Source: Azolla caroliniana (lineage: Eukaryota; Plantae; Polypodiophyta). From it: a stretch of DNA of 64,000 nt. Made by a program: the position numbers and the translations under genes. How positions within the stretch are numbered: position 1 is the stretch's first letter; every line of letters begins with the position of its first letter. Below the pieces are notes generated by a model. The model made no database searches. It worked only from the letters and a program-made list of their open reading frames with translations, and had not been told where the DNA came from. Where the stretch lies: positions 6,014,001 through 6,078,000 of the forward strand of contig JBHGNT010000018.1 in the NCBI GenBank assembly GCA_043228905.1, given 5' to 3'. Positions 25,685 through 37,646 of the stretch are shown here, piece after piece.

Positions 25685-28600
25685 CATGACAACAGTCATG
25701 TCAAGATTTGAACTCTTGACCTCTTATATATAGGCAAGTGTTGTGTTCTAACCAACACGTCCAAATATATAGTCATGTTATATATACCTTAGTAAATTAT
25801 TAGTACATTATCTATTTCAAGTTCTAAGAGTTTTTAAAAAGTTCTAGAACTAGAAGGTTCTAGAGGGTTCTAGAATATTCTCCTGAATATTCTAATGCAT
25901 GTACTTCGACTCACTGTATAAATACTTGTAACTTCCTTGGTCCCTTTCAAGGGATTCAACAACAGTCATTGACACATCAATCTAGTATTCTTGTTTAGCC
26001 CTATCTTCTCTCCTTGATTTACATCTTCGTCTTTATGTTCTTGTATTGTTCTTAGCGTCTTCTTAAGTTCCTTATCTCATCACTCCCAACTTCCCGAGTT
26101 TCTAGCCTCATCACATCAAGTTCCACGTTTGTAACCTTATCGGTCATAGCCTCGTCATCTGTGCTTTGTCGTAGTCTAGCATTGGTGTGTCCGTGACAGT
26201 TTGAATCCCTTCCAACTGGAAGCATTACCCGTCTTCGTCATCGCCCTTGCTTCTAGAGTTACCATCGTCACTGCCATTGGTTCTAGAGTTACCATCATCA
26301 ACATCCCTTCATTTTCTATCTTCCTCGCCATCTCTATCTCTTAGTTTCTTCTCATCATCGTCTTTGTCTTTTAGATTCTTCTCATCCTTCACATCTCTAT
26401 CTTCTAGTTTCTTCTCATCATCATCTCTATCTCTACACTTCTTATCATCATCCACATCCCTATCTTTGCATTTTTTTTCCTTGTCATCCTTCTCCTTGTG
26501 TTTCCTATCGTTTTCATTTTTATCTATGTGTTTCTTATTATCTTCGTCCCTTTCTCTGCGTTTCCTATCACCTTCATCCTTGTCTTTGTGTTTTCTCTTA
26601 TCCTATGTATTTGTGTATTTGTGTTTCTTCAGAACCTCAACATCTCGATCTCTATGTTTCTTATCCTCTCCATCTCTTTCTCTACTTCCATCATTGCCAT
26701 AGTCAAAGTCGTTGCTTCCAAAGTCGCTTAGTCAAAATCATTGCCTTCATTGCTTCGTCTTCGACATCATCATCTTCAACCCTCTTGTTGTCGTCATCAA
26801 CACTACTTTGCCTAGCCTTGATTGTCATCAAGTGTTCCAGTTCCAGGTGAGGACCGTGTAGGGTCGCTCACATCCGTTGGTGTTTGTGTCCCCGTTGAGG
26901 ACTGCACATGATCATTCACGCATGTTGTTGTTCGTGTCTCTGGTGAGGACCGTACATGGTCTCTCACGCCCGTTGGTGTTCGTGTCTCTGGTGAGGATCA
27001 CACATGGTCACTCACGTCCGTTGGTGTTCCTGTCTTCGGTGAGGACCACACATGGTCACTCATGTCCGTTGGTGTTCCTGTCTTCGGTGAGGACCGCACA
27101 TGGTCGCTCACGTCCGTTGGTGTTTGTGTCTCCGGTGAGGCCCGCACAGGGTCACTCACGTCCATTAGTGTTCCTGTCTCCGGTGAGGAATGCACATGGT
27201 TGCTCATGTCCGTTGGTGTTCGTGTCTTCGGTGAGGACCGCACATGGTCGCTCACGTCCGTTGATGTTCCTGTCTCGGGTGAGGACCACACATGGTCACT
27301 CACGTTGGTGTTAAGTCTCCGATGGGGACCGTACATGGTCGCTCATGCCCGTTGGTGTTCCAATTCCCATGGAGGACAGTACATTGTCTCTCACACTCAC
27401 GTTAGTGTTCCAGTCTCCGGTGAGGACCGAACATGTTTGCTCACGCTCACATTGGTGTTACAATCTCCGATGAGGACCATACATGGTCACTCACATCGAC
27501 GTTGGTGTTGCAGTCTACTGTGAGGACCGAACGTGGTTGCTCACGCTCATGTTGGTGTTCCAGTATACGGTGATGACCGTACATGCTCGCTCACCGCCTT
27601 GGTGTTCCAATCTTCGGTGAGGACCATACATGGTCGCTTGCGTTCACCCGTGCTCCTATTTTTGGTGAGGACTACTCATGGTTACTCACTCCTCAACGTA
27701 CTTTGGTTTCCTCTTTCAACTCACCCCTACACCATGCTTTCGAAAAGGCGAGGATAATGTTACAATCATGACAACAATCATGTCAAGATTTGAACTCTTG
27801 ACCTCTTATATATAGTCAAGTGTTGTGTTCTAACCAACACGTCCAAATATATGGTCATGTTTCTAACGAGATTGACGAGCCTATGGATTTTTTATCAACA
27901 ATCAACGATCTAGACTCAACGATTAAACCATTTTTTCCCTCGATAATCCTTCTTTTGAGGAAGGATATCTGTGCTGCCTTAGTTTTAATACCAAGTAATT
28001 TCGATAAGCGATTAAGCTTCGAAAGACCTATAGGATTCAACTTCTCGGTGTAATAATCGATCGTATCTATCACAAATTTTTGGCGAGTAACTTCAGTAAC
28101 AATCGTTTTGTAAAGAAGTAAAACATTGAGAAATCGATGAGGATACTTCTCATTATTCCGAGTGATTTTGTTGATACTAGTACCAACACTACCTAGTAGT
28201 TCGCTTCTCGTTTTTGATACATCGCAAATCGATTTATCTAAGTCATACTTTAGTTTTAAAGATACTCTCCTGAAAGAGGAGAAAGATGAATCTCCGATTG
28301 TATCGAGCCATCCATGCGCATTTGTATATCTTAGTAGATTAGTTGTACATTATCTATTTCAAGTTCTAGGATTTTTTAGAAAGTTCTAGAACTAGAAGGT
28401 TCTAGAGGGTTTTAGAATATTCTCCCGAATATTCTAATGCATGTACTTCGACTCACTGTATAAATACTTGTAACTTCCTTGGTCCCTTTCAAGGGATTCA
28501 ACAACAATCATTGACACATCAATATAGTATTCTTGTTTAGCCCCATCTTCTCTCCTTGATTTACATCTTCGTCTTTATGTTCTTGTATTGTTCCTAGCGT

Positions 28601-28737
28601 CTTAAGTTCCTCATCTCATCGCTCCCAACTTCCCGAGTTTCTAGCCTCATCATGTCGAGTTCCACGTTCGTAACCTTATCGGTTGTACCCTCGTCATCTG
28701 TGCTTTGTCGTAGTCTAGTGTTTGTGTCTCCGTGACA
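25685..28737 (+). mobile_element. Nested non-autonomous LTR element (5' LTR partial 25685-26198; 3' LTR 27758-28737)
   Basis: Direct repeats both end CGTGACA. A purine tract AAAAGGCGAGGATAA precedes TGTTAC at 27758. The interior has no gag-pol, only CT-rich sequence and tandem repeats. Confidence 0.8.
26846..27680. repeat. 48-bp minisatellite (about 10 well-conserved units plus longer degenerate units)
   Basis: Unit ~GGTGAGGACCRCACATGGTCRCTCACGTCCGTTGGTGTTCSTGTCTYC; 16-aa periodicity in the overlapping ORFs. Confidence 0.92.
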
Positions 28738-30660
28738 CTCGATTGAAATCTCAAGCTCGATGCCGATTCGGGAACAGAAGATTGCGAGCCGACTCAGTAT
28801 CGTCAACTGATCGGTAGCTTAATCTATCTAACCATTACCCGACCCGACCTCAGCTATTTGGTGAATCTACTTAGCCAATTTATGCCGAAACCTCAATACA
28901 TACATCTCGATTGTGCTAAGCGAGTACTCAAGTACGTTCATGGGAAAATGGATTTCGGCATCATGTATACGCTTGAAGGGTACACATATGCGGACTCTGC
29001 CAGTTACAAAGCTGATTGACGATCCGCGTCAAGATTTGTCTTCTCTCTTGGTAGTAGATTGATCTCCTAGTGTAGCTGACAGTCACATTGTTGAACACAG
29101 AGGGCAAATATAGCGGCATGGTAGTCGCCACATGCGAGGCCGTTTGGCTTAAGGATATATAATTTGAAGGATTTGGACGTTTCCATCAAGAATCTCCTAT
29201 ATTGCGATAACATGAGCAATATCTACCTGGCTCAGAACCCCGTGTTCCACATGCAGACCAAGCATATTGAAGTGCATTATCACTTCATCCGAGAGCGTGT
29301 TACGCTGGAGATGTCGAATTACAACACATCAGCATGAATCTTCAGTTGGTTAACACCTTCCCAAAAGCCTTAGGAGTCGAGAAGCTCAAAAAATTTACAT
29401 CAGACCTTAGCCTCATGATATCTACATTGTCAAGCTTGAGGTGGAGTACTGAATAATAGTCGATCAGTCGATCGAAGCTGACCAGAGGAGTCAAAGTATG
29501 ATGATGACAATCAAACATAACAAGTAGTACGAAGCAATCGAGAGCCGAAAGCTGAACAACAGAACCAATTTTTTCGGCGTCTGGAAGTTGTGTTCGAAGC
29601 AACGTGTTGAGAATCGAACTCAAGTTCCCATAGAGATATTGTTCACACTAGCTAGTGGACATCATACTAGGCTAGTTTTGTAATTAGTAGAAATGACACT
29701 TGCCCTAGACTAGTTGGTATTTAAACCAGCTCTTTGCAACTTAGTTACTATTGTATGTATCCTATTTTTTCCACTAATATACAACGTCTTGTTTAAGCTC
29801 TCTCTCTCTCTCTCTCTTTGTTGTCCTATGAGGGCACACACACAGTTCACCTCCTCTGCACAACATCATCTATGCCTGTCATTCTTTACATTTCCATCTC
29901 GGTTTCGACCTCTAACTTGGTCTCGACCTCCATCTCGACTTCTTGCTTCACGATCTCTTGGAAGATGTCTTCTTCCTTAGCCTCTTGCTCGTCCTCCTCT
30001 TTCTCGAGCTCTCGTGCTAAGGTCTCTTGCTCTCCCAACACGTTCGTTTCCTTTTCGGCCTTGATATCAATCTCCTTGGTCCCTTCTTCTCGTGTCTTTT
30101 CGTTTGACTCTAACTTGGTCTCGGTCTCGGTCTCGACCTCTTTGGGTTCTCGCTTCGGTTGGTTTCTCTTTTGCTTCCATCTCGATTGTGCCCTCTCAAC
30201 CACCATCTTGATCTTGACCTCCATCTCACTCTCGAATGTGGTCTCCACTAGCGGTATTGCCCCTTGAGGGAAACCCCTCTCTTCCCTTGGGTCTTAATGT
30301 TGGGTGGCACCTTCACCCACCCATTTTGTGATCTTTATCGCCTCTTCCCAAGTTGAGGCTTGCCACTTTTCCACTTCCCCTAGAACTAAGGGAATTCAAT
30401 ACATTCCTTCAAGAAAACCATCCCACCGATCAAAATCATCAAGGTCCGTTAAGTAAATCATAATGCATTTATATTTGGAAATATAAAGATCCAATTATAC
30501 AATTCTTTGGGGCAAAACCCTCCAATTCTTGCCTAAGTCTCACCTCTCGAGACAAATTTCTTCCACACTCATTGCTTGAAGTCTTCCCAATCCTCGAAGG
30601 ACTTTCTCCACCTCTCTTGAAGGGACCATTCCTCATCATAGATGCATAACGATATGCCAT

Positions 30661-32603
30661 GTAATTGTTGTAGCCGAATAGGCTGACGACGTTTTCTTCT
30701 CGGGTGGAGAGTCAGAGTTCTTTTCTCGGGTGGAGCGCCGATTCGATATTGTCGGAATCTTCATAATCCGGCCACGACCTACTTTGGTCACTTGGAGGCT
30801 CCTGTGGTCCACTCAATCTGGTTGAGATTGGATTTTCTTCTGGTATTAGCCTTAGTCAATCCTCCTCCTCCGAGTCTATGTTGCGGTTTTGATTGGTTCG
30901 AATGGAGCTGAGTCAACTGTGTACCAGGATGTGGATTTGTTGAATACGATGTCTCGACTCACTCGAACTTTTCGAGTAGAGGGGTTGAAGCACTTATACC
31001 CCTTTTGTTCAAGTGAGTACCATACGAGTATGCATTTCTTCGACTTAGGATCGAGCTTCTGACGCTTCTTGTTGGGAATATGTACGAATACAATAGAGTC
31101 GAATATCATGACGTGAGATAAGTCTGACTTCTTTCCATACAACTTCTCGTGCAGGGTTACATTGTGCACTGAAAATGTTTTTTTTTTTCCTGTAAAATAT
31201 CCTTTCATTAGTTATAAATAGTTATTACAAGCACGTTGACCTACCGTCAAGCTACCATTGGTATGTTGCATCCCCATCCCTAAAGGATAAATAGTATCAA
31301 CACTCCACCACTCCATAACCTAGTTATGTGATTGGTGATGGGAACAACCATTTGGGTCTTGCATTTTATAATGTGAGAAAAGGGGCATTATTCTAATAGG
31401 CAATAAATTCAAGGCTTTGCAACACTGCAACATGTGTCTCACCTTTAATTTCAGCATACCGCCCTTTCAAAGTATGCACCATCTGCATCTAGACATTCTG
31501 TGCACTTTCCACTGGATGAACAGTAGTATTACCAAACACCTTAGAAAACTTAGCACTCCGAATGTTGTGCACCGGTTCATTAGATAGATGGCCGTGTTTG
31601 CCGCTTCATACCAGTATGATTTTGACAAGTTTTTCTCGTTCATCATTGCCCTTGCTACCTCTAATATGTGCCGATTCTTCTACACGGCTACTCCATTTTG
31701 CTAAGGTGTGTGTCGGCAGGTAAAATCCCGCCGAATTCCTTCTTATCGAAGTTATGCGATGAAGGCCTCAGAGAAGTACTCTTTGCCTCCGTCCGATCGA
31801 AGGCACCGTACATATCGACCAGTTGCCTTTTCGACTTCATTTTTAAGCTTCTGGAAGTATGTGAACACTTCACTCTTTTGCCGCATAGGATAAGTCCATG
31901 TATGTCTGGAGAAGTTGTCGATGAACATCACATAATATTGGCAACCACTGAATGTTGTCGTTTGAGTTGGCCCCCACACATCTAAATGTATTACATCCAG
32001 GATCCCTTTGCTTACATTCCTCTCTTTCAGGAACGGTTGTTGATGTTGTTTGCCGAATTGGCAAGCTTCACATACACATGCAATCTCCTTCTCAGTAAAG
32101 GTCAGGAGTCTAGTGACAACACCTCTCGATTGCATTCCTTTGAGCTTTTGGAGATTGATATGGGCGATTCTTTTGTGCCATCGCTCTATGTCAGCGTAAG
32201 CTTTATGGCCCTTGGCTCCTCTTTGCGTGTTCGACACATATTGTCGGTAGTAGAGGTTGTGCATATGGAACTGCCCTTGGTTGTATCGTCCTTGGCCAAA
32301 TCGACCTCTTCTTCCATAGTTGCACCCTCTTCCTCCATCCAAACTAGTATAGAGCATTTGTTCGTCTATTGTATTGCCTTTTTTTCGGATGTGATTTTCT
32401 TTGACCAGTAGCATCAACTAGAGATCAAAGAAGGAGGGAGGGTTCTCCCTTGTGAGGATGGCCGACCTTATTGCGTCGAGGCTCTAGGCCACTGAGGCAT
32501 ATTTGCACCATTTCATCATCGTCAATGTTGACATTGATAGACCTGGGGGAGTCGCACAACTCCTTGATCTTCAAGGTATAGATTTCGATTGACATATCCC
32601 TAA
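30661..32603 (-). mobile_element. Copia gag/integrase fragments, interrupted by a ~380-bp insertion (31171-31552)
   Basis: WHKRIAHINLQKL..CEACQFGK, CLRSDGGKEYFS, KLDPKSKKCILV..GYKCFNP..VSRDIVF. The insertion is flanked by a GCACT direct repeat and has a T-run near its left end. Confidence 0.8.
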
Positions 32604-33672
32604 ATTGGATACTATTGGGTGAAAGCATGGGAGTGGAAACAATTTGCTATGTCCTTGAAATAGTTAATTAGCTACGCAAAAAGCTACCAATGATAAATAG
32701 CCAGTTTTGCACCATGAATGAAAACATTAGAATGTTTTAATTATATAAATGAGCACCATAAATGTGCAACATAACGTGCAACAAAAATGGATATGTGCAC
32801 CATAAATTATATATCGAATTCCTAGGTCCATTATGCATGATCCATTGCCACATCTCGTTGGCCATCACTTTGTGACTATTCAGGCTTAGATTACTGCTAC
32901 TCATCCTAAACCCTATTGAGTCCACTTTGACATTTCCGCTGTCGTGACGTGGCTCGCCTAGAAGCGTCGCGTTGCGCACACAAAGGATAACGTGAAAGTG
33001 AGGAAGGAATCACAGGGATTATGGACGGAAGAGACGAAAGAGTAGAGATAGAGTGAATAGAGATCAATAAGATATGACAAAATAGGATTTTTAAGGAATA
33101 TAAGATAAGACAAGATAAGATATAAAATAATATATGAGAAAGTGTATGAAATTTGTAATCATTTTCATGAAAGAGTTACAAAATGATTGTGCACGTCGTT
33201 GAACCTCCGAACTTTGTCTTGCAAGGTAATCGCTCTTCTCTTTCTTGATCGTAGACCACTACAATTTTCACTTCAATATTTTGATGAAGATAAGGCTCGA
33301 ACCGCCTCCCTCTTGTTGAGAGTTGACCACCACGACCGCCAAGCTAGAGCTCCACCTTTATCTTGAACTTCTTCCTTTCTTTCTCTATTTTATGGTATCT
33401 CTTATGTAATATATATTTGATTGATATCTCATACATATCTCCCTTTGATCTTCTCTTTCACCATTTAAATAGGTGCCCCCATGCATATGATGCATTGGAG
33501 GGTACAAGTCATGCATGTAGTGCATGAAATGCATGTGATGCATGATCGCCATTTGGCGTTCATGCATTACATGTGATGCATGATAAACATCTCGCTCATT
33601 TGAGCTTTTATGTATGAAACAATATATGCAATAACAATAAACATGAAAATATAATCTTAAAGAGAAAGGGCC

Positions 33673-33891
33673 TAGCCTAATGGTAGGTGTGTCGACTTTT
33701 GTATATGAGGTTGTGGGTTCGAATCTCAAAATACTATTGAATACAACATACAACTTTATTCTTATATCATGAAGCAAATCCTTTATGTAATATAAAGTAT
33801 ATATAAAGTATGCTTTATTTTATATATATTACTAGTATAGAGTAAATGGTAAGATTTGAGAGTCATAGGGTGGGGTTATTGGTTCAAGTCC
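33673..33891 (+). promoter_or_regulatory. Two tandem tRNA-like Pol III A/B-box units inside the Gypsy LTR (repeated at 40529-40747)
   Basis: A box TAGCCTAATGG (33673) with B box GGTTCGAATC (33716); A-like TAGAGTAAATGG (33838) with B box GGTTCAAGTCC (33881). A-to-B offset is 43 nt in both. Confidence 0.7.
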
Positions 33892-34115
33892 TCTCTTATT
33901 CGTGTAATATAATATATTTATCTATATATATATATTATTTTTCTTTACATATATATAATATTATCATATGTGTTGTTAATATTATCTTTATATATAAAAC
34001 ATTATCAAATGTTATTTTCATTACGTATTTATCTTATTGTAGACTTTTAATGTGAAGCTTTCGTACTTCACGACATCCACCCCCTCTAGACCTGCACATC
34101 CTCCGGCATGTGCCA

Positions 34116-37100
34116 CTATCTTTCATCTTCATGTTGATCTATTGGAGGAGGTTCAAGCTCAAACCTTTTCTTAAATACTTTTATCCTCTTTCCAGCTACC
34201 ACGTTTAGGATTAGTGTCCCATCCAATTCACTAAGCTTATAAGTAAAGTTATCATATACTTTTCTTACTATATAAGGCCCAAACCATCTTTCAGCAAACT
34301 TGCGGACGGTGCTATGTTGATTATCTAAACTGCTATCATACACGAGCACCCAATCTCCTTCTTCTATTTTCTTAGGTCGAATTCTATGAGTTTTATCAAA
34401 ACGGATTTTATTCTTTAGTCGAGCCTCCTTCAATCGTTGGGCTGCGATTTCTATATCTTCAGGTCGACGCTCTAATTGTTGAATTCGCAATGCAAGTAAT
34501 TCTTCTCTGCTCACCTCTTCTCTCCATGGAATAGATATCCATGACATAATTGATTCTTCTATCGGCATGATGGGCTTTTGACCAAGTATCAATTCAGCTG
34601 GCATGTATCCTGTTACTGAACTATGAGTTGTTCGATCTGCCCATAGTGCATAAGGTAGCATGCGTGGCCAATCTCTTATTTTACCTTTACAGCTTTTCAC
34701 GATCGCCTTAACTATTGGGCTATGTCCTCTTTCAATCTTTCCATTGGCTTCTGGATTATACGCAGTTGTAAGTGATAATTTGACCCCTATTCGGCTGAAG
34801 AATTCTCTAGCTTCATCAGAGTCGAGTTCTCCTCTATCTGCAATTATTTTACCAACACACCCGTAACGACATATTACATCTTCTAACAAAAATTTACATA
34901 CAGCTCTAGTTGTTTTTTGTCGTAGTGGTCTTCCTTCTACTTGGTTTGTAAGGTCTTCTCTTGCTAGTACTAAATATCGCATTTGACCTTCCCCAAGTGG
35001 CATTGTCACTAGATCAACCATCCATTTATAATGCATTGATGATGAATATGTTGGTTTTAGCTCATCTCGATACCGGATAGTTGAATACCTCTGGCAAACC
35101 TCACAGGTTTCCACAAATTTCGTTACATCTTTATACATATGTGGCCACCAATACTTTTCTTTCAACTTCATAAATGTTGCCCATATGCCTCTATGTCCTG
35201 CCCACAAACTATCATGGAATTCATTAATTAATTTTCTCTTAATGTCATCCTTACAAATGACTCGAAGAGGATTTTCGGTTGGCCTTTTTGGATGCCTCCA
35301 TAAATGCCCTTCATGTAAAAAAAACTTGAATGCTCGTCTTCGAAATTCATTTAATTGTTTCTTCGACCATGATGGGTTGGCTTCTTGAGTCTTTAGAAAA
35401 TTTCCTATTTCTAACCATTGACCTTCATACTCTGTGTCTTTGAACATTATACTTACATTAAACTCATCATGAGGCGTAATAGATTCTTGATGAGCAAATT
35501 GATGGCTTGTAGTTGCCCAGTTCTTATCTTCAGTTTGCATCACCTTTTCATTTATGAACCTTGCCCTTGACAACATATCTGCAACTGGGTTGTCTTTTCC
35601 CTTTATATGCCGCAATTCTGGGTTCATGGTTCTGATGTATGCAATCCACCGAAGCATTGCAATATCTGGTGTCGTGCAACTTGCTATCATTCCAATGAGT
35701 GGCAAACAATCTGTTTCAACCACTACATCTGCTCCAATCAAGTAATCTCTATCTGTTTTTAATGCAGTAAGCAAACCCCACAATTCTCGTTTAACTTGTG
35801 CATAGTTTCTTTGTCTTTCATTTAATATCTTTGCTCCAAATCTGATAGCATATCGATGTTGGTCTTCATCTTCTTGGTTGATAACCCAACCGATCCCGAT
35901 TGGGCTAGTATCAACTGTTACTATAATTGGTCTTTCACCTTTGTAGTCTGGTTGACGAAGAACTGGTGCTTTCAATAATGCTTCTTTTAGCTGTTGAACA
36001 ACTTGTGTATGTTCATCAGTCCAAATAAACTTCTTTCCTTTTCTTAAAAGTTGGTAGAGAGGATCTGAGACATGTGCAAAGTGTGGTAACCAAATATGAT
36101 AAAACACACAAGCACCCAAAAATCTTCTCACCTCTGTTACCGAGTCGCAAACTTCCTTCATATTTTGTATTGCGTTAATTTTGATCGGTGAAGGCTTCCT
36201 CCCATACCACCCACACATATGACCAACTATTAGAACTTCGTTTTGCCCAAAGCAAGACTTTGTTCCTGATAGTGTCAAATGTACCTGCTCAAGCTTATTT
36301 AAAATACTTTCACAGTCATTAATGTGGTCCATCACAAACTTTCTGCAACCATTTCCAACCATAGTCTCATCTTTCTCTCTTTCTAAGCATCCCTTAATAG
36401 GAATATCATCTAAAAATGGCATAGTTACCTTTGGGATGTATTCATGTAGAACTTTGTTCATTGCATTCATCATATGAGCAACTGAATTCGTCGCACCTTG
36501 AGGTAGAGTGCACATTCGAACCAACCCAATTGGTGTTTTCATTGTTGTGATGTTGCGACTATCAATTGCTAGTTGAAATTGGTCGTATCCTGAATATAGG
36601 TCTCCCATAGAGTAAATCGCTCTTCCAGCAAACGCTTCCGCAAATTCATCAACGATCGGTCCGATTCCCGCATTTCGGATTGTGACTTTGTTGACTGGTT
36701 GTAGATCTTGAATGAATCTTAGAGAACCATCTTTCTTTGGAACTGTGAACCATCTATTGGAGTATGGTGCATTTGAAGGCTCTAAAATCTTCATCTTGAC
36801 TTTATCCTTCAACAACTCCAACAATTGAGGTAATCGAGCTCTCGGTACTGCAATAGGTTTAAAATTCCAAGGAATATGAGGGATAGTAAATATTACCATT
36901 GGCGTCACCACCTTTGGATTTACACAACCAATCTCCTCAGCTTTGAATGCGAACGCTTTTCCATGCCTAAAGATCATTTCTTTGAAAGTCACGATCTCTG
37001 ATTGCAGAAGAAATTCACCCCTTCCGATTCTCAAGTTATTTATTGTCTCCGAAGTGAAGTGATGTCCGATCTTCTCTATTGGTCGAAGCATAGGCTCGGT

Positions 37101-37646
37101 TGCTGCTGCCTCCATCTTCTCTTCACTACCAATAGGTAATGGTACTGCAGCAGGTTTGACCTTTTTATCTATTGTTTTGTATTTTGTATTACATAAACTT
37201 TCTACTTCTTCATATTTACAATTATACCTATCAATCTCATAATACATATCAATTGAGTTTACATGTATCTTTCTAACATTCTCATCATCTTCTTTCAAAT
37301 ACATTTCTAACTCTTCTAAAGTATTTGCAAAAGAAATTTCTTCCATAACACTTTCAATCTGCTCTTCCATTTCAAGTACTCCATTATCCTTCAATGCCTG
37401 CTGAAACAGATTAGCATTCTTTTTCAAGTTCCTCTTGCATTCATACATCCTAGTCACACATATAGCACCACTTTCAGAAACATGAAATGACTTATTCATA
37501 TGTTGTAATGCCCTATATGAGGGTCTTTTAATAATGGGACTATTGCAACCCTCACTCGCAACAGTCCTAGTCAAAAACCTGATTATCAAAATCATCATAG
37601 TCTTTTGGTATTGAGTGATCACGAAGCTCTTGCTTGTTCCTCTCAT
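34116..37646 (-). CDS. Gypsy pol: reverse transcriptase, RNase H, integrase (GPY motif, no chromodomain)
   Basis: 1176-aa open frame with DLYSGYDQ, LPQGATNSVA, PFLDDIPIKG, VDTSPIGIG, ETDCLPL, NPVADMLSR, an HHCC zinc finger, the D-D-E core (WMVDL, IADRG, KIERGH) and WFGPY. Confidence 0.95.
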   Translation of the reverse strand: MRGTSKSFVITQYQKTMMILIIRFLTRTVASEGCNSPIIKRPSYRALQHMNKSFHVSESGAICVTRMYECKRNLKKNANLFQQALKDNGVLEMEEQIESVMEEISFANTLEELEMYLKEDDENVRKIHVNSIDMYYEIDRYNCKYEEVESLCNTKYKTIDKKVKPAAVPLPIGSEEKMEAAATEPMLRPIEKIGHHFTSETINNLRIGRGEFLLQSEIVTFKEMIFRHGKAFAFKAEEIGCVNPKVVTPMVIFTIPHIPWNFKPIAVPRARLPQLLELLKDKVKMKILEPSNAPYSNRWFTVPKKDGSLRFIQDLQPVNKVTIRNAGIGPIVDEFAEAFAGRAIYSMGDLYSGYDQFQLAIDSRNITTMKTPIGLVRMCTLPQGATNSVAHMMNAMNKVLHEYIPKVTMPFLDDIPIKGCLEREKDETMVGNGCRKFVMDHINDCESILNKLEQVHLTLSGTKSCFGQNEVLIVGHMCGWYGRKPSPIKINAIQNMKEVCDSVTEVRRFLGACVFYHIWLPHFAHVSDPLYQLLRKGKKFIWTDEHTQVVQQLKEALLKAPVLRQPDYKGERPIIVTVDTSPIGIGWVINQEDEDQHRYAIRFGAKILNERQRNYAQVKRELWGLLTALKTDRDYLIGADVVVETDCLPLIGMIASCTTPDIAMLRWIAYIRTMNPELRHIKGKDNPVADMLSRARFINEKVMQTEDKNWATTSHQFAHQESITPHDEFNVSIMFKDTEYEGQWLEIGNFLKTQEANPSWSKKQLNEFRRRAFKFFLHEGHLWRHPKRPTENPLRVICKDDIKRKLINEFHDSLWAGHRGIWATFMKLKEKYWWPHMYKDVTKFVETCEVCQRYSTIRYRDELKPTYSSSMHYKWMVDLVTMPLGEGQMRYLVLAREDLTNQVEGRPLRQKTTRAVCKFLLEDVICRYGCVGKIIADRGELDSDEAREFFSRIGVKLSLTTAYNPEANGKIERGHSPIVKAIVKSCKGKIRDWPRMLPYALWADRTTHSSVTGYMPAELILGQKPIMPIEESIMSWISIPWREEVSREELLALRIQQLERRPEDIEIAAQRLKEARLKNKIRFDKTHRIRPKKIEEGDWVLVYDSSLDNQHSTVRKFAERWFGPYIVRKVYDNFTYKLSELDGTLILNVVAGKRIKVFKKRFELEPPPIDQHEDER

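Larger units (their letters stand above)
23555..29890 (+). mobile_element. Ty1/Copia element with both LTRs (23555-23824, 29605-29890), degenerate and internally deleted, carrying a nested LTR element
   Basis: LTRs TGTTGAGAATCG...CTTTACA; 5-bp TSD TTTCC on both sides; PBS TGGTATCAGAGC (tRNA-iMet) at 23825-23836. Gag with zinc knuckle, protease WFVDSGASNHMT, GAG-pre-integrase LWHKQIGH..CEACQFGK, RT/RNase H remnant at 28738-29450. Confidence 0.92.

Noticed and set aside
26846-27680. Regular repeat array resembling CRISPR
   Set aside because: The units are contiguous with no unique spacers, there are no cas genes, the context is eukaryotic, and the array lies inside an LTR element.
29886-30660. 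E/K-rich minus-strand ORFs, continuing at 23292-23525 across the Copia insertion
   Set aside because: Broken by stops and low-complexity; probably a decayed retroelement ORF, with no diagnostic motif.
33668-33735. Functional tRNA gene in the LTR
   Set aside because: A and B boxes are present but there is no pairing acceptor or anticodon stem; kept only as a promoter-like motif.
33385-33777. 130-aa ORF duplicated at 40241-40633 (also the 69-aa ORF pair)
   Set aside because: Incidental frames inside the two near-identical LTRs. RFEPTT is the antisense of the B box and the H/M-rich part comes from ATGCAT repeats.
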